DNA from: an uncultured Ruficoccus sp. | GTDB lineage: Bacteria > Verrucomicrobiota > Verrucomicrobiia > Opitutales > Cerasicoccaceae | Length of the DNA: 64,000 nt | Assembly (NCBI GenBank): GCA_965140785.1 | Contig: OZ223519.1 | Span: 1 to 64,000 of the forward strand | Direction: 5' to 3' | In this document: positions 20,483-29,244 of the stretch, one piece after another | Numbering within the stretch: the first letter of the stretch is position 1 | How the letters are laid out: the number at the start of each line of letters is the position of its first letter | Program-made: the position numbers and the translations under genes | The notes under the pieces: model-generated | The model's database searches: none | What the model saw: only the letters and a program-made list of their open reading frames with translations | What the model was told of the DNA's origin: nothing

Positions 20483-20990
20483 TTACGAAGATCGCCAACG
20501 TGAGCGCGACCGCGAGTATGCCGACGCCTGGGCCAAGCTCTCGCCCCGGGAGCGCAGGCAACTCGCCAAGATGGGGATCACCGGCCCGGACCTGCCCGTG
20601 TACCACACCGGCAAACATGACCAGGACACGCTGCTGGATCGCTGCGGCTCTCCTGTGGTTGCCACAGTTGACGACGATGATGTTCATCGTCCTGAGACTG
20701 ACTTCGGCATGGCCACCGTGGCCCGACGGATCGTCGGTGAACTCCTCGCGCAAGACAATATCCGCTTGACCGCCGAATGCCTGGCCGTGGTGACCGGCGT
20801 GGCCTATGGCGGGAACTCCATGACCGACATCGCACGGAAGTATGGCGTCACCCGTGCTACCGTCAGCAAGCGCTGCGTGGCGATCTCAGATGCGCTCGGC
20901 CTTCCTCCTTCGCGGGCTCAGCGCAAGTTGACAGCGCGTGCTGTTTATGAGCGAAGAGCACGAGACTGCCATCATCGAGATGACCACTGA
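20469..20990 (+). CDS. HTH DNA-binding protein (sigma region 4-like)
   Basis: SMTDIARKYGVTRATVSKR. Confidence 0.7.
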   Translation: MSRGDYEDRQRERDREYADAWAKLSPRERRQLAKMGITGPDLPVYHTGKHDQDTLLDRCGSPVVATVDDDDVHRPETDFGMATVARRIVGELLAQDNIRLTAECLAVVTGVAYGGNSMTDIARKYGVTRATVSKRCVAISDALGLPPSRAQRKLTARAVYERRARDCHHRDDH

Positions 20991-21654
20991 ATCCTCCGCG
21001 TATCGCATCAGTCCTGTCGGCATCGAGTTCCTGTGTGAACTCGACCAGCAGGCCTGGTCCGAACTGGGTGCCAAACTAGGGAAGGCTGGTCGTTCCATCG
21101 GCTTCCTGATTGGCGACTGGCTTAACTATGGCGAGGGCAAGGGAGAGTGGGGTAACGCCTACGAGAATGCCATGCGCATTACGGGTCTGGACAACCAGAC
21201 GCTTCGCCACTACTCCTCGGTCTCGAAGAAAGTTCAATTGTGCATGCGCATGCACAATTTGAGTTTCTACCATCATCAGAAAGTCGCCTCACTTAAAACG
21301 GACGAGGAGAAACGCAAGTGGCTCCATATCGCATCGCAGGAGCGTGACAAGCAGGATGGCAAACCGATGTCCGCCCGCCGACTGGCTAAGTCGATTCTTC
21401 TCGGACGCGTGGCCAAGGTTGAGGAAATGTCGGTTCCGCCGAATGATCGTGGCATTGACAACATGAGTCCCCACGTGACGCGCATCGTCGTGCTGTGGGG
21501 AAAACTCAAACGCTCCGGCTATCTCGGAAACACCTCCGTTGACGACATGCTCGATCTTATCGATGAGCTTCAACCGGTGGTGGATATCGTTCAGGAGCTG
21601 CACGAGGCGGTCTCCGAGGCAGGGGGTGGGGCAGCGGGGTCCCATATCGACTAA
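20947..21654 (+). CDS. LmbU-like phage DNA-binding protein
   Basis: WSELG...FLIGDWLNYGE...TGLDNQTLRHY...LSFYHHQKVA; start could also be 20980. Confidence 0.65.
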   Translation: MSEEHETAIIEMTTESSAYRISPVGIEFLCELDQQAWSELGAKLGKAGRSIGFLIGDWLNYGEGKGEWGNAYENAMRITGLDNQTLRHYSSVSKKVQLCMRMHNLSFYHHQKVASLKTDEEKRKWLHIASQERDKQDGKPMSARRLAKSILLGRVAKVEEMSVPPNDRGIDNMSPHVTRIVVLWGKLKRSGYLGNTSVDDMLDLIDELQPVVDIVQELHEAVSEAGGGAAGSHID

Positions 21655-21726
21655 TGCTCGATGGGGTCCGCCAGCAGCGCCCTCAAGTAGAGAGAGACCC
21701 CATTTTTCGCGCTTTACACTTTCACG

Positions 21727-21763
21727 CAAAAGGCGGGAGGCCCCAAAAGCCTCCCGCCTTTTG
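21727..21763. terminator. Perfect 15-bp hairpin, terminator-like
   Basis: CAAAAGGCGGGAGGC / GCCTCCCGCCTTTTG with a 7-nt loop. Confidence 0.75.
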
Positions 21764-21927
21764 TTGATGAGGGTTGCGGGGTGAGAGCCCGACATTGAGG
21801 CCACAAAAAAAGTGTCAAGGGCGTAAAGGCAAAGTGTAAAACGCGACAGATTTGGACACTTTTTGAGTGTAAAGCAGCCTGCCGGTCGAAAAAGCGCCAG
21901 AAGAGCATTTGACACTCTCTCCACGGC

Positions 21928-22050
21928 ATGGAGACACCCGATATCCCCGTGAAACCTGCCAACGGGATCACTCCCGAAGTGGCCGAACGCATCCTCGCCA
22001 AGGATTACACCAACATCGTGAAGAAGGTGACGGAGGGCAAACCGCTGTGA
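21928..22050 (+). pseudogene. Truncated 40-aa N-terminus of a probable packaging (terminase small subunit-like) gene
   Basis: METPD...ITPEVAERILAKDYTNIVKKVTEGKPL then stop, 13 bp from the convergent fic gene; sits after the replication module. Family call is from memory only. Confidence 0.4.
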
Positions 22051-22063
22051 ATTTGCGAGATGA

Positions 22064-23053
22064 TTATTTTTCAGCGATCCTGGCCCGAATTTCCCGGATC
22101 GTTAAACGCTGCTCCTGCAACTGGCGGATCAGGCGAACGCGCTCGACCATCTCAGGGGCATACAACTGGTATTGGCTGGCGGTAACGGCGGCGACCTCCA
22201 ACAGTTCTTCCTTGGTCCAGTAGCGAAGCGTGGGCGTTGTTTCGCCGGTCAGCTTGGCCAACTGACCGATACGCAGATACCGGCTCTGATCCTCGGCGGG
22301 TTCTTCCTCGGCGGACTCCCCGTTCACGGCTTTGAGGTAGATGTCCAACGAACGGTCAACGGCCTCTTGGACGATGGCGTAAAAGCCGTCTTTGCTGCCG
22401 CCCAACTGAGCCGTTTCCAGAGAATCGATGTAGCGCAGCCGGTCGCGTGTGCGGATCAGAGCGGGCGGATAGCCATGCTGGAAAAGAATCAGGTTCATCA
22501 GCAGGCGGGCCGTTCGTCCGTTGCCGTCCGAGAAGGGATGGATCGTGACCAGTTGGTAGTGAGCTTCGGCGGCCAGGGCGACCGGATGCAGGGTCTGGTT
22601 CGTGGTGATTTCCCGCATGAATGCCTCCATCAAATCGGGCACCTTGCGCGGATTGGGCAGGACGACTCTCGAACCTGAGATGCGCACCGGGATCGAGCGG
22701 TAGTGACCGGCGTTGTTGTCGTCGATCCCACGCAGGATGGTGCCGTGGATATCCAGCAAGGCGGATTCGGTCAGATCAGCGGTCCGTGACTGGGCCAGTT
22801 CCATAACGTGGCGCAGGGCATCGGCGTGGTTGGTCGCCTCCAGGTGTTCGACCAGCGACTTCCCGCTCACCGTCAGCCCTTTTTCCACCACGACCGCCGT
22901 TTCCTTGCGCGTGAGCGTATTCCCCTCGATCGCATTACTGGTATAGGTCAATTCCACCAGAAACCACTGCTCCAGGTTTTTGGCCAAGGCCGGGGTCAGG
23001 GGGCGATACCCGTCCAGTTGCGTTTTCTTTGCGGTCAGGTTTTTGAAATCCAT
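22064..23053 (-). CDS. Fic family protein with a C-terminal MerR-type HTH
   Basis: HPFSDGNGRTAR catalytic motif; N-terminal SNAIEGN inhibitory motif; YLRIGQLAKLTGETTPTLRYW. Confidence 0.92.
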   Translation of the reverse strand: MDFKNLTAKKTQLDGYRPLTPALAKNLEQWFLVELTYTSNAIEGNTLTRKETAVVVEKGLTVSGKSLVEHLEATNHADALRHVMELAQSRTADLTESALLDIHGTILRGIDDNNAGHYRSIPVRISGSRVVLPNPRKVPDLMEAFMREITTNQTLHPVALAAEAHYQLVTIHPFSDGNGRTARLLMNLILFQHGYPPALIRTRDRLRYIDSLETAQLGGSKDGFYAIVQEAVDRSLDIYLKAVNGESAEEEPAEDQSRYLRIGQLAKLTGETTPTLRYWTKEELLEVAAVTASQYQLYAPEMVERVRLIRQLQEQRLTIREIRARIAEK

Positions 23054-23290
23054 GCCAAAACCGTAAAGTGACACTTTAAGGTTTTCAAGGAAAAGCGGGT
23101 GGTATCGCGTTGGAAGATTTCGAGTGATGACGTGCCGATAGTGGCATCGCGCCATGGTTAATTCGCCATCGAAGATAATTTCTTAAGATGCTGAATATAA
23201 ATGAATTATATCAATAATGAGCCTTGATAGTCGTGCGGAACAGAGCGAATGAATGCGTCACTTGAACGACGCAACACAATGAATACCAAC

Positions 23291-23659
23291 ATGAAACAGA
23301 ACGCCACCAATACCCGGGATGCCACATCCGTCGCCATCGCCCCGACCGAAGACAGCTGGGGCTTCTTCGGCACCATCGACATGAACGAACGCCTCGGGCT
23401 GAAGGAAAGCATCGAAGCTTGGGACGCCGCCTTCGCGGTGTTTCGCAGCGCTCCGTGGCAGCCGACCGACATCGCGATTCGCAACTTCCTGCGCAGCCGC
23501 TGGGGACGCCACTTTGCCGATTCCACCAGCTTCTACGACGGTTCGCTCAAAAGCCGCATCCAGCAGGCTTCGGGCGAAAAGTGGGTGGCGCAGGAATTCG
23601 CGAGCCTCGCCCGCCAAGGCTTCGACAAGGAGCTTTTTGAAGGCGACGACATCGCCTGA
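23291..23659 (+). CDS. Hypothetical prophage-type protein
   Basis: WGFFGT and RNFLRSRWGRHFAD; start uncertain (23249/23279/23291). Confidence 0.7.
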   Translation: MKQNATNTRDATSVAIAPTEDSWGFFGTIDMNERLGLKESIEAWDAAFAVFRSAPWQPTDIAIRNFLRSRWGRHFADSTSFYDGSLKSRIQQASGEKWVAQEFASLARQGFDKELFEGDDIA

Positions 23660-23687
23660 GACCATCAACCACCAACCCATCAAAATA

Positions 23688-24143
23688 ATGAACTGGACCA
23701 CCAAGACCCTCAACAAACGCGAAGTGCTCGTCAGCGGGGACTTCAGCCTCATCCCTTGCAAGAACGGACGCCAGCAACTACGCGAGTCCGGCAAGATGCG
23801 CGGGACCTTCACCGACGCGGACGCCGCCAAGGCGCATGCCTCCTTCATTATGGACCAGCGCAAACCGCCCGCCGCCAAGTGTGATCGCAAGGGCGGCGGT
23901 GGTTCCGCCCACCCAAAAATCTTCGGCTACTCGGCCTGTGCGGTTCTGAAAGCACTCGGACGGGCCGGGGTTAAATACCCCGAGGGCGACGCCATCCTCA
24001 AGCGCCACGGCATCGACATGCCCAAGGCTTCCGTCAGCGTCCAGTTGGGCTTTGGGCGCAACGAGCACACGTGGCAGCGCCACGGCCAGCCTGCCCCGCT
24101 CACCCCTGAGCAACTCAAGGAACTGGGGGTAGCCCATGACTGA
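23688..24143 (+). CDS. Hypothetical basic protein
   Basis: AC-rich leader, C-ending codons, tightly coupled to the next ORF. Confidence 0.65.
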   Translation: MNWTTKTLNKREVLVSGDFSLIPCKNGRQQLRESGKMRGTFTDADAAKAHASFIMDQRKPPAAKCDRKGGGGSAHPKIFGYSACAVLKALGRAGVKYPEGDAILKRHGIDMPKASVSVQLGFGRNEHTWQRHGQPAPLTPEQLKELGVAHD

Positions 24144-24348
24144 GCAGGAGCGCGAATACGTCCACGCGCTGGAGCAGGCCGTCCTTCAGGCTGAACACGT
24201 GATGGCCGATTGGGAGTGCGCCCGCCAGAAGGGATACATTCGCGATGCCCAGCGCTTCGTCTTCGGCACCGCCGACCACATCCGGCGCATGCGCAAGCAG
24301 CGCAAAACCATTAACGAAGGAACCAACCATGAAAACGATCTACATTAA
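24136..24348 (+). CDS. Hypothetical protein
   Basis: Overlaps both neighbours; plausible RBS. Confidence 0.6.
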   Translation: MTEQEREYVHALEQAVLQAEHVMADWECARQKGYIRDAQRFVFGTADHIRRMRKQRKTINEGTNHENDLH

Positions 24349-24595
24349 CGACAAGGCGCGGGTGGCCCTGGAGCGTCACGCCCGCAGTGGACAATTTTCA
24401 CTGGGCACCTGCAAGGCGGTGACACGCGATGTTTGGGAGGTCGCGGTCGAGGATGATATTTACACCTTGCTCCAAAAGATGAGTCAGCAGATGCGGGCAC
24501 ACGAATTGTCCTCCACCTTCAGCGATGTGGTTCTCACCATCGTTCACGACTATGAATTGAGAACCAAAGACCGGGGCTCGGAGCCGCCGTGTTGA
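24329..24595 (+). CDS. Hypothetical protein
   Basis: GAAGGA before ATG 24329; last gene of the small-ORF string. Confidence 0.55.
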   Translation: MKTIYINDKARVALERHARSGQFSLGTCKAVTRDVWEVAVEDDIYTLLQKMSQQMRAHELSSTFSDVVLTIVHDYELRTKDRGSEPPC

Positions 24596-24611
24596 CAGCA
24601 CCGGCAACGGC

Positions 24612-24678
24612 ATGAGCGATACGCCTGCCGTTGCCATTTATTGTGCCCGGTCGATATCGACAAGCTCGTCGATAACCC
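24612..24678 (+). pseudogene. Very short remnant resembling a ParB/Srx-domain N-terminus
   Basis: MSDTPAVAIYCA then, out of frame, VDIDKLVDNP. Confidence 0.35.
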
Positions 24679-24706
24679 CTCACGGGTGGCAGGGCTGCCG
24701 TAATCG

Positions 24707-25000
24707 TTAATCGGCTTGAACGGGCTTGGTCAGTTCGAGGTTGTTGAGGTAGTTTTCTGCGAATTCCTTCAGGTATTTGTCCATGTAGGGAAGAGCCATA
24801 GCGTCCAAGCCATCGTCATCCGCGTCCTCCATCTCGGGGTGATAGCGCTCAATGTCGCGCAGAGCCAGTTCGCGGGCCAGACGTAGCCAGAAGGTGGTAT
24901 CGTCGTAACGGCTGATGTAGTCCTCGTGCAGATGATCCAGAAAATCTTCAGCGGGTTCATCCACGCCGTCGATTTTCTCAACCAGTTCCGCATGCCCCAT
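24707..25000 (-). CDS. Acidic hypothetical protein, possibly 5'-truncated
   Basis: Coding-like codon usage; YDDTTFWLRLARELALRD. Confidence 0.5.
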   Translation of the reverse strand: MGHAELVEKIDGVDEPAEDFLDHLHEDYISRYDDTTFWLRLARELALRDIERYHPEMEDADDDGLDAMALPYMDKYLKEFAENYLNNLELTKPVQAD

Positions 25001-25293
25001 CTCGCGGGCGTGGCTCAGGATTTTCAGGCATTGGGTGGGGGACTTCGCGGTGACGGGGGACTACGGCTGAGCAAGAATCTTCCGTGGTGGGTTTTGGCTG
25101 GGCAGCCACCGTTCGTATGGTCGCAGGCTTTGTCTTCGGCGTGAAAGCCGTCTCAACCGGGGCGCGGTTGTCCTGAGCAATCGTGTGCTCATCTCTCTAC
25201 AGGCCGGGATGCCCCAGCGTTTCGGCCTGTTTTGTGTCCAGACCGTGCGCTCCTCAGAACTGCCATCCATGTGGTTGGCAAGCCCATGTGGGC

Positions 25294-25473
25294 ATGAAGT
25301 CACCCCGGATCTACGGCCATATTGCGGAACTCACGCCCGAGGAGCGTTTTTGGGAAATTCGCGACCTTTTCCTCGGGGCGCTCCGCCGTCTCCACGCAGA
25401 GGAGAAATTGTCTCAAGTTGCTCATAATAAGCTGGATATGGCTTCGAAAGAGAGCGTCCATGCGTCCCGTTGA
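25294..25473 (+). CDS. Small protein preceding DUF2924
   Basis: LTPEERFWEIRDLFLGALRRL...LDMASKESVH; directly upstream of the recombinase module. Confidence 0.5.
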   Translation: MKSPRIYGHIAELTPEERFWEIRDLFLGALRRLHAEEKLSQVAHNKLDMASKESVHASR

Positions 25474-25503
25474 TTGACACTAACCCTTGAAGGAAAAGGA
25501 ACT

Positions 25504-26007
25504 ATGAACGCAAAAACAAGAGCTGAACTGGCCGCACTGGAGGACATGAGCGTGGGCCAGTTGCGGGAACGCTACCTAGAGGTGTTCGGGGAAATCGCCC
25601 GGACCCGCAACAAGCAATTCTTGAGCAAACGGGTGGCCTGGCGCATTCAGGCACTGGCCGAGGGCGACCTTTCGGCACGGGCCCGACGCCGGGCCGAAGA
25701 GATTGCCAACGACGCGGACCTGCGCATCCGCGCCCCGCGCCAAGTGTCCACAACGTTGGAACCGGAGCGCATGGTGACGGCCACAATCCAGTCGGACCGC
25801 GACCCCCGCCTGCCGATGCCGGGAACTGTATTGAAACGCGAATACAAGGGGCAGGTCATCCGGGCGATGGTGCTCGACAACGGCTTCGAGTATGGCGGGG
25901 AGATTTTCGAGTCCCTCTCCGCGCTCGCCACGCATATCACCGGCACGCGTTGGAACGGCTTCCAGTTCTTCGGCATCAACCGGAATGGAGCGAGCCATGA
26001 GGGCTGA
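25504..26007 (+). CDS. DUF2924 domain protein
   Basis: AWRIQALAEGDLS, PGTVLKREYKG, SLSALATHITGTRWNGFQFFG. Confidence 0.92.
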   Translation: MNAKTRAELAALEDMSVGQLRERYLEVFGEIARTRNKQFLSKRVAWRIQALAEGDLSARARRRAEEIANDADLRIRAPRQVSTTLEPERMVTATIQSDRDPRLPMPGTVLKREYKGQVIRAMVLDNGFEYGGEIFESLSALATHITGTRWNGFQFFGINRNGASHEG

Positions 26008-27337
26008 ACCCGCCACTGCCACGAAACCGGTCCGTTGCGCGATCTACACGCGCAAGTCGGTTGCCGAAGGACTGGATCAGGAGTTCAACACGCTCGATGC
26101 CCAGCGCGAAGCTGCCGAGGCTTTCATCGCCAGCCAGCGCTATGAGGGCTGGGTGGCCCTGCCGCAAGAGTTCATCGACGGGGGATTTACGGGAGCCAAT
26201 ATTGACCGTCCCGGTATTCAAAAATTACTACACGCTGTCGAGAACGATGAGGTGGACTGCATCGTGGTCTATAAAATTGACCGGCTTTCCCGAAGCCTCT
26301 TGGATTTTGCCCGCATCATCGAGCTTCTCGAAAAGCACAACTGCTCCTTCGTGTCGGTGACCCAGCAGTTCAATACCAAGAACTCGATGGGGCGGCTGAC
26401 GCTCAACATCCTGTTGTCCTTCGCCCAGTTCGAGCGCGAGATCATCGCGGAACGCACCCGAGACAAGATCGTTGCTGCCCGCAAGAAAGGCAAGTGGACC
26501 GGTGGCTACCCGGTGCTCGGCTACGACATCGGCAAAGACAAAAAGCTCGCGTTGAACCCCGCCGAGTCCGAGATCGTGCGTCAGATCTACGAGCTGTATA
26601 TTCGTCACGAGGCGGTTCTCCCGGTGGTGCAGGCCTGCCGTCAGAACGATTGGCTGACCAAGGCCTGGATTTCCGGCACTGGCCGCAGAATGGGCGGGCA
26701 GCCCTTCAACAAGCCCCGCCTCTACAGCCTGCTGAGCAACCCGCTTTACCTGGGCAAGATCCGGGCCGGGAGCGAGTTGACTGAGGGCGAACACACGGCG
26801 ATCATCGATGAGGGTGTCTTTGCCAAGGTCAGATCCCTGCTGGACCGCAACTGGTGCAGCCGGGGCGGCAACGTCCGCAACAAGCATGGGGCGCTTCTGA
26901 AGGGCCTGCTCTACGACGCCAAAACCGGTTACGCCATGGCCCATACCTTTACCAAGAAAGGCAATCGCCTTTACCGCTACTACGTCAGCACGCAGGCGGC
27001 GAAAGAAGGCTGGGAGACCTGCCGGGGCGCATCTTTTCCCGCCAGCGAAATCGAATCCTTCGTGGTGGAGAACATCTGCCAGATGGGTGAAGACCCCGAG
27101 CTTCAACGGGCAGTAATGCAGGAAACGGATACCTTCGACCAGCCCGTCCAGAAGGAGGAATTGCTCGAGGCGATGTCTAGCTTCGACCCCTGTTGGAATG
27201 AGATGGCTCCCCGCGAACGCACACGACTGGTAGAACTGGTCATCGAGAAGATATTGGTGGATTCGGAGGCGGGGAAGCTGGCCATTCAGTTTCGGCCCTC
27301 GGGCATTCGAGCCCTGTTGAACGGAGGTAAATCATGA
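25997..27337 (+). CDS. Large serine recombinase (resolvase + recombinase domains)
   Basis: RCAIYTRKS catalytic Ser, VVYKIDRLSRS, FAQFERE, LSNPLYLG, HTAII, LLKGLL, YRYY. Confidence 0.95.
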   Translation: MRAEPATATKPVRCAIYTRKSVAEGLDQEFNTLDAQREAAEAFIASQRYEGWVALPQEFIDGGFTGANIDRPGIQKLLHAVENDEVDCIVVYKIDRLSRSLLDFARIIELLEKHNCSFVSVTQQFNTKNSMGRLTLNILLSFAQFEREIIAERTRDKIVAARKKGKWTGGYPVLGYDIGKDKKLALNPAESEIVRQIYELYIRHEAVLPVVQACRQNDWLTKAWISGTGRRMGGQPFNKPRLYSLLSNPLYLGKIRAGSELTEGEHTAIIDEGVFAKVRSLLDRNWCSRGGNVRNKHGALLKGLLYDAKTGYAMAHTFTKKGNRLYRYYVSTQAAKEGWETCRGASFPASEIESFVVENICQMGEDPELQRAVMQETDTFDQPVQKEELLEAMSSFDPCWNEMAPRERTRLVELVIEKILVDSEAGKLAIQFRPSGIRALLNGGKS

Positions 27338-27723
27338 GCACGCTGGTCTTGGACTTTCACTGCCGCACCTCGGACAAGGGGAGAATTAGCATGAAACGTG
27401 GCATGGCCCCTGTCCCGGTCGAGGCTGGCAGCACGCCCCGCATCACCCGGCTCATGGCCTTGGCCATCCGCTTCGACCGCCTCCTGCGGGATGGGGTAGT
27501 GAAGGACTACGCCGAACTGGCCCGCCTCGGCCATGTCACCCGCGCCCGCATGTCCCAAATCATGGGCCTGCTCAATCTCGCCCCTGATATTCAGGAGGAA
27601 ATCCTCTTCCTGCCGAAAACCGTCAAAGGCCGCGACCCCATCAGCGCCCGCGATGTCATTCAAATCGCCACGCGGGCGGACTGGCAGGATCACCGAAAGG
27701 CGTGGCGGAATATTGCACCATAG
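27334..27723 (+). CDS. Recombinase-associated HTH protein
   Basis: MALAIRFDRLL...YAELARLGHVTRARMSQIMGLLNLAPDIQE; ATGA-coupled to the recombinase. Confidence 0.85.
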   Translation: MSTLVLDFHCRTSDKGRISMKRGMAPVPVEAGSTPRITRLMALAIRFDRLLRDGVVKDYAELARLGHVTRARMSQIMGLLNLAPDIQEEILFLPKTVKGRDPISARDVIQIATRADWQDHRKAWRNIAP

Positions 27724-27891
27724 GGGAGTTGCATTTTGACTAAACAGCTGTGGTGCTTGGTTTTGTCTATTCTAAGTGAACATGGCGAGCGGCTGCTCAT
27801 TTGTTTAACTGATTAGCAAGGGCGAAGTCGTCCTTTGGCGTGAGTATAGTTTGCTCAATGGCATTGCGATGTTATTCTCGTATCAAGTGTT

Positions 27892-29244
27892 ATGCCTGCC
27901 CCGCGTGTATTGATTTTTGGTGTCATCTTTGCCGGTATTGCCGCGTTCGGTTTCTGGCTCGGGGAGACCGCCGACGATCAGATGGGCGGTGACCGCATCG
28001 TCATCGAATACTGGGAGAAATGGAGCGGCCCGGAGCGCCAGGCGATGGCGGATCTGGTGGACGAGTTCAACGCCTCGCAGGATCGTATTTACGTAAAATT
28101 CCTCTCGGTCAGTAACATCACCCGCAAGCTCATGCTGGCCACGGCGGGCGGAAATCCCCCCGATGTCGCCGGTGTCTGGGCGGCGGACTTGCCGGTCTTT
28201 TCCACCAACGGGGCGCTGACTCCGCTCAACCCGTACGCGGAGCGCGCGGGAATAGAGGCCGGCGATTACCTGCCCTCGGTCTGGGGGCAACTGGTCGTTT
28301 ACGACCGGCTGTGGGGACTGCCCACGACGCCGAGCGCGAACGCCCTGCACTGGAATAAACGGCTGTTCCGCGAGGCGGGCCTGGACCCGGACAAGCCGCC
28401 GCGCACCATCGCCGAGCTGGAGGCGTACAACGACCGCCTAACCCGCTTTAACGACGAGGGCGACATTCTCGTGCTCGGACACCTGCCGACGGAGCCGGGG
28501 TGGTGGAACGCCAACTGGAGCTTCTGGTTCGGGGGCGATGTCTGGAATGGGGAAGATGCGGTGACCGCGACCGGCGAGGCCAACATGGCCGCCCTGGAAT
28601 GGATCGCCAGCTACCCGGAGCGTTACGGAGTGGGGCCCCTGCTGGGGTTTCGGCAGCTCAGCGGCGTTTTTGCCTCGCCGGAGAATCCGTTTTTTCGCGG
28701 GCGGGTGGCGATGGCCTTGCAGGGTCCGTGGATGTACAACTTTATCCAGAACTTCGCCCCGGACGACTTCGAGTGGGGGGTGGCGCCTTTCCCCGCGCTG
28801 AAGGCGGAAAACTACGGCACGAGTCTGGTCGAGTGCGACTGCCTGGTCATCCCCCGCGGGGCCCGGCACCCCGAGGAAGCCTTTGCCTTTATCGCCTGGT
28901 TGCAGGAGCCCGCGCAGATGGAGCGGCTGTGCCTGGCGCAGTTGAAATTCAGCCCGCTGGCGCAGGTCAGCGAGGACTTTTACGCGCGCCACCCCAACCC
29001 GCACATCCGCGTCTATCGCGAGCTGGCGGAAAGCCCGCTGGCGCGTTCGCGTCCGCAGATGCTGACCTTTAACGAGTTCAGCGCGGATATGGGCAGCGCC
29101 ATCGACGACATCATGCGCGGGGCGGAGAGCCCGGAGCAGGCCGCCGGGGAATTACAGGAGCGCCAGCAGGGCCTTTTTAAGCGCAAGTACGACAACTGGC
29201 AAAAAGTGCGCGAGGAACGCATGAAGGAGTGGGACCAGCAATGA
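27892..29244 (+). CDS. Carbohydrate ABC transporter substrate-binding protein
   Basis: AGGNPPDVA, LHWNKRLFREAGLDP, GRVAMALQGPW. Confidence 0.92.
   Translation: MPAPRVLIFGVIFAGIAAFGFWLGETADDQMGGDRIVIEYWEKWSGPERQAMADLVDEFNASQDRIYVKFLSVSNITRKLMLATAGGNPPDVAGVWAADLPVFSTNGALTPLNPYAERAGIEAGDYLPSVWGQLVVYDRLWGLPTTPSANALHWNKRLFREAGLDPDKPPRTIAELEAYNDRLTRFNDEGDILVLGHLPTEPGWWNANWSFWFGGDVWNGEDAVTATGEANMAALEWIASYPERYGVGPLLGFRQLSGVFASPENPFFRGRVAMALQGPWMYNFIQNFAPDDFEWGVAPFPALKAENYGTSLVECDCLVIPRGARHPEEAFAFIAWLQEPAQMERLCLAQLKFSPLAQVSEDFYARHPNPHIRVYRELAESPLARSRPQMLTFNEFSADMGSAIDDIMRGAESPEQAAGELQERQQGLFKRKYDNWQKVREERMKEWDQQ

Larger units (their letters stand above)
14512..27723 (+). mobile_element. Prophage-derived replication/integration core without structural genes
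   Basis: AAA_24, DUF669, SF2 helicase, primase-AAA_25, HTH, LmbU-like, small phage-type ORFs, DUF2924 and a large serine recombinase. No capsid, portal, tail or conjugation genes seen. Boundaries approximate. Confidence 0.85.

Noticed and set aside
24939..25108. Short matches to the long repeat (AGAAAATCTTCA, TGGGCAGCCA) upstream of DUF2924
   Set aside because: Only 10-12 bp with different spacing, one inside a coding remnant; compatible with chance.
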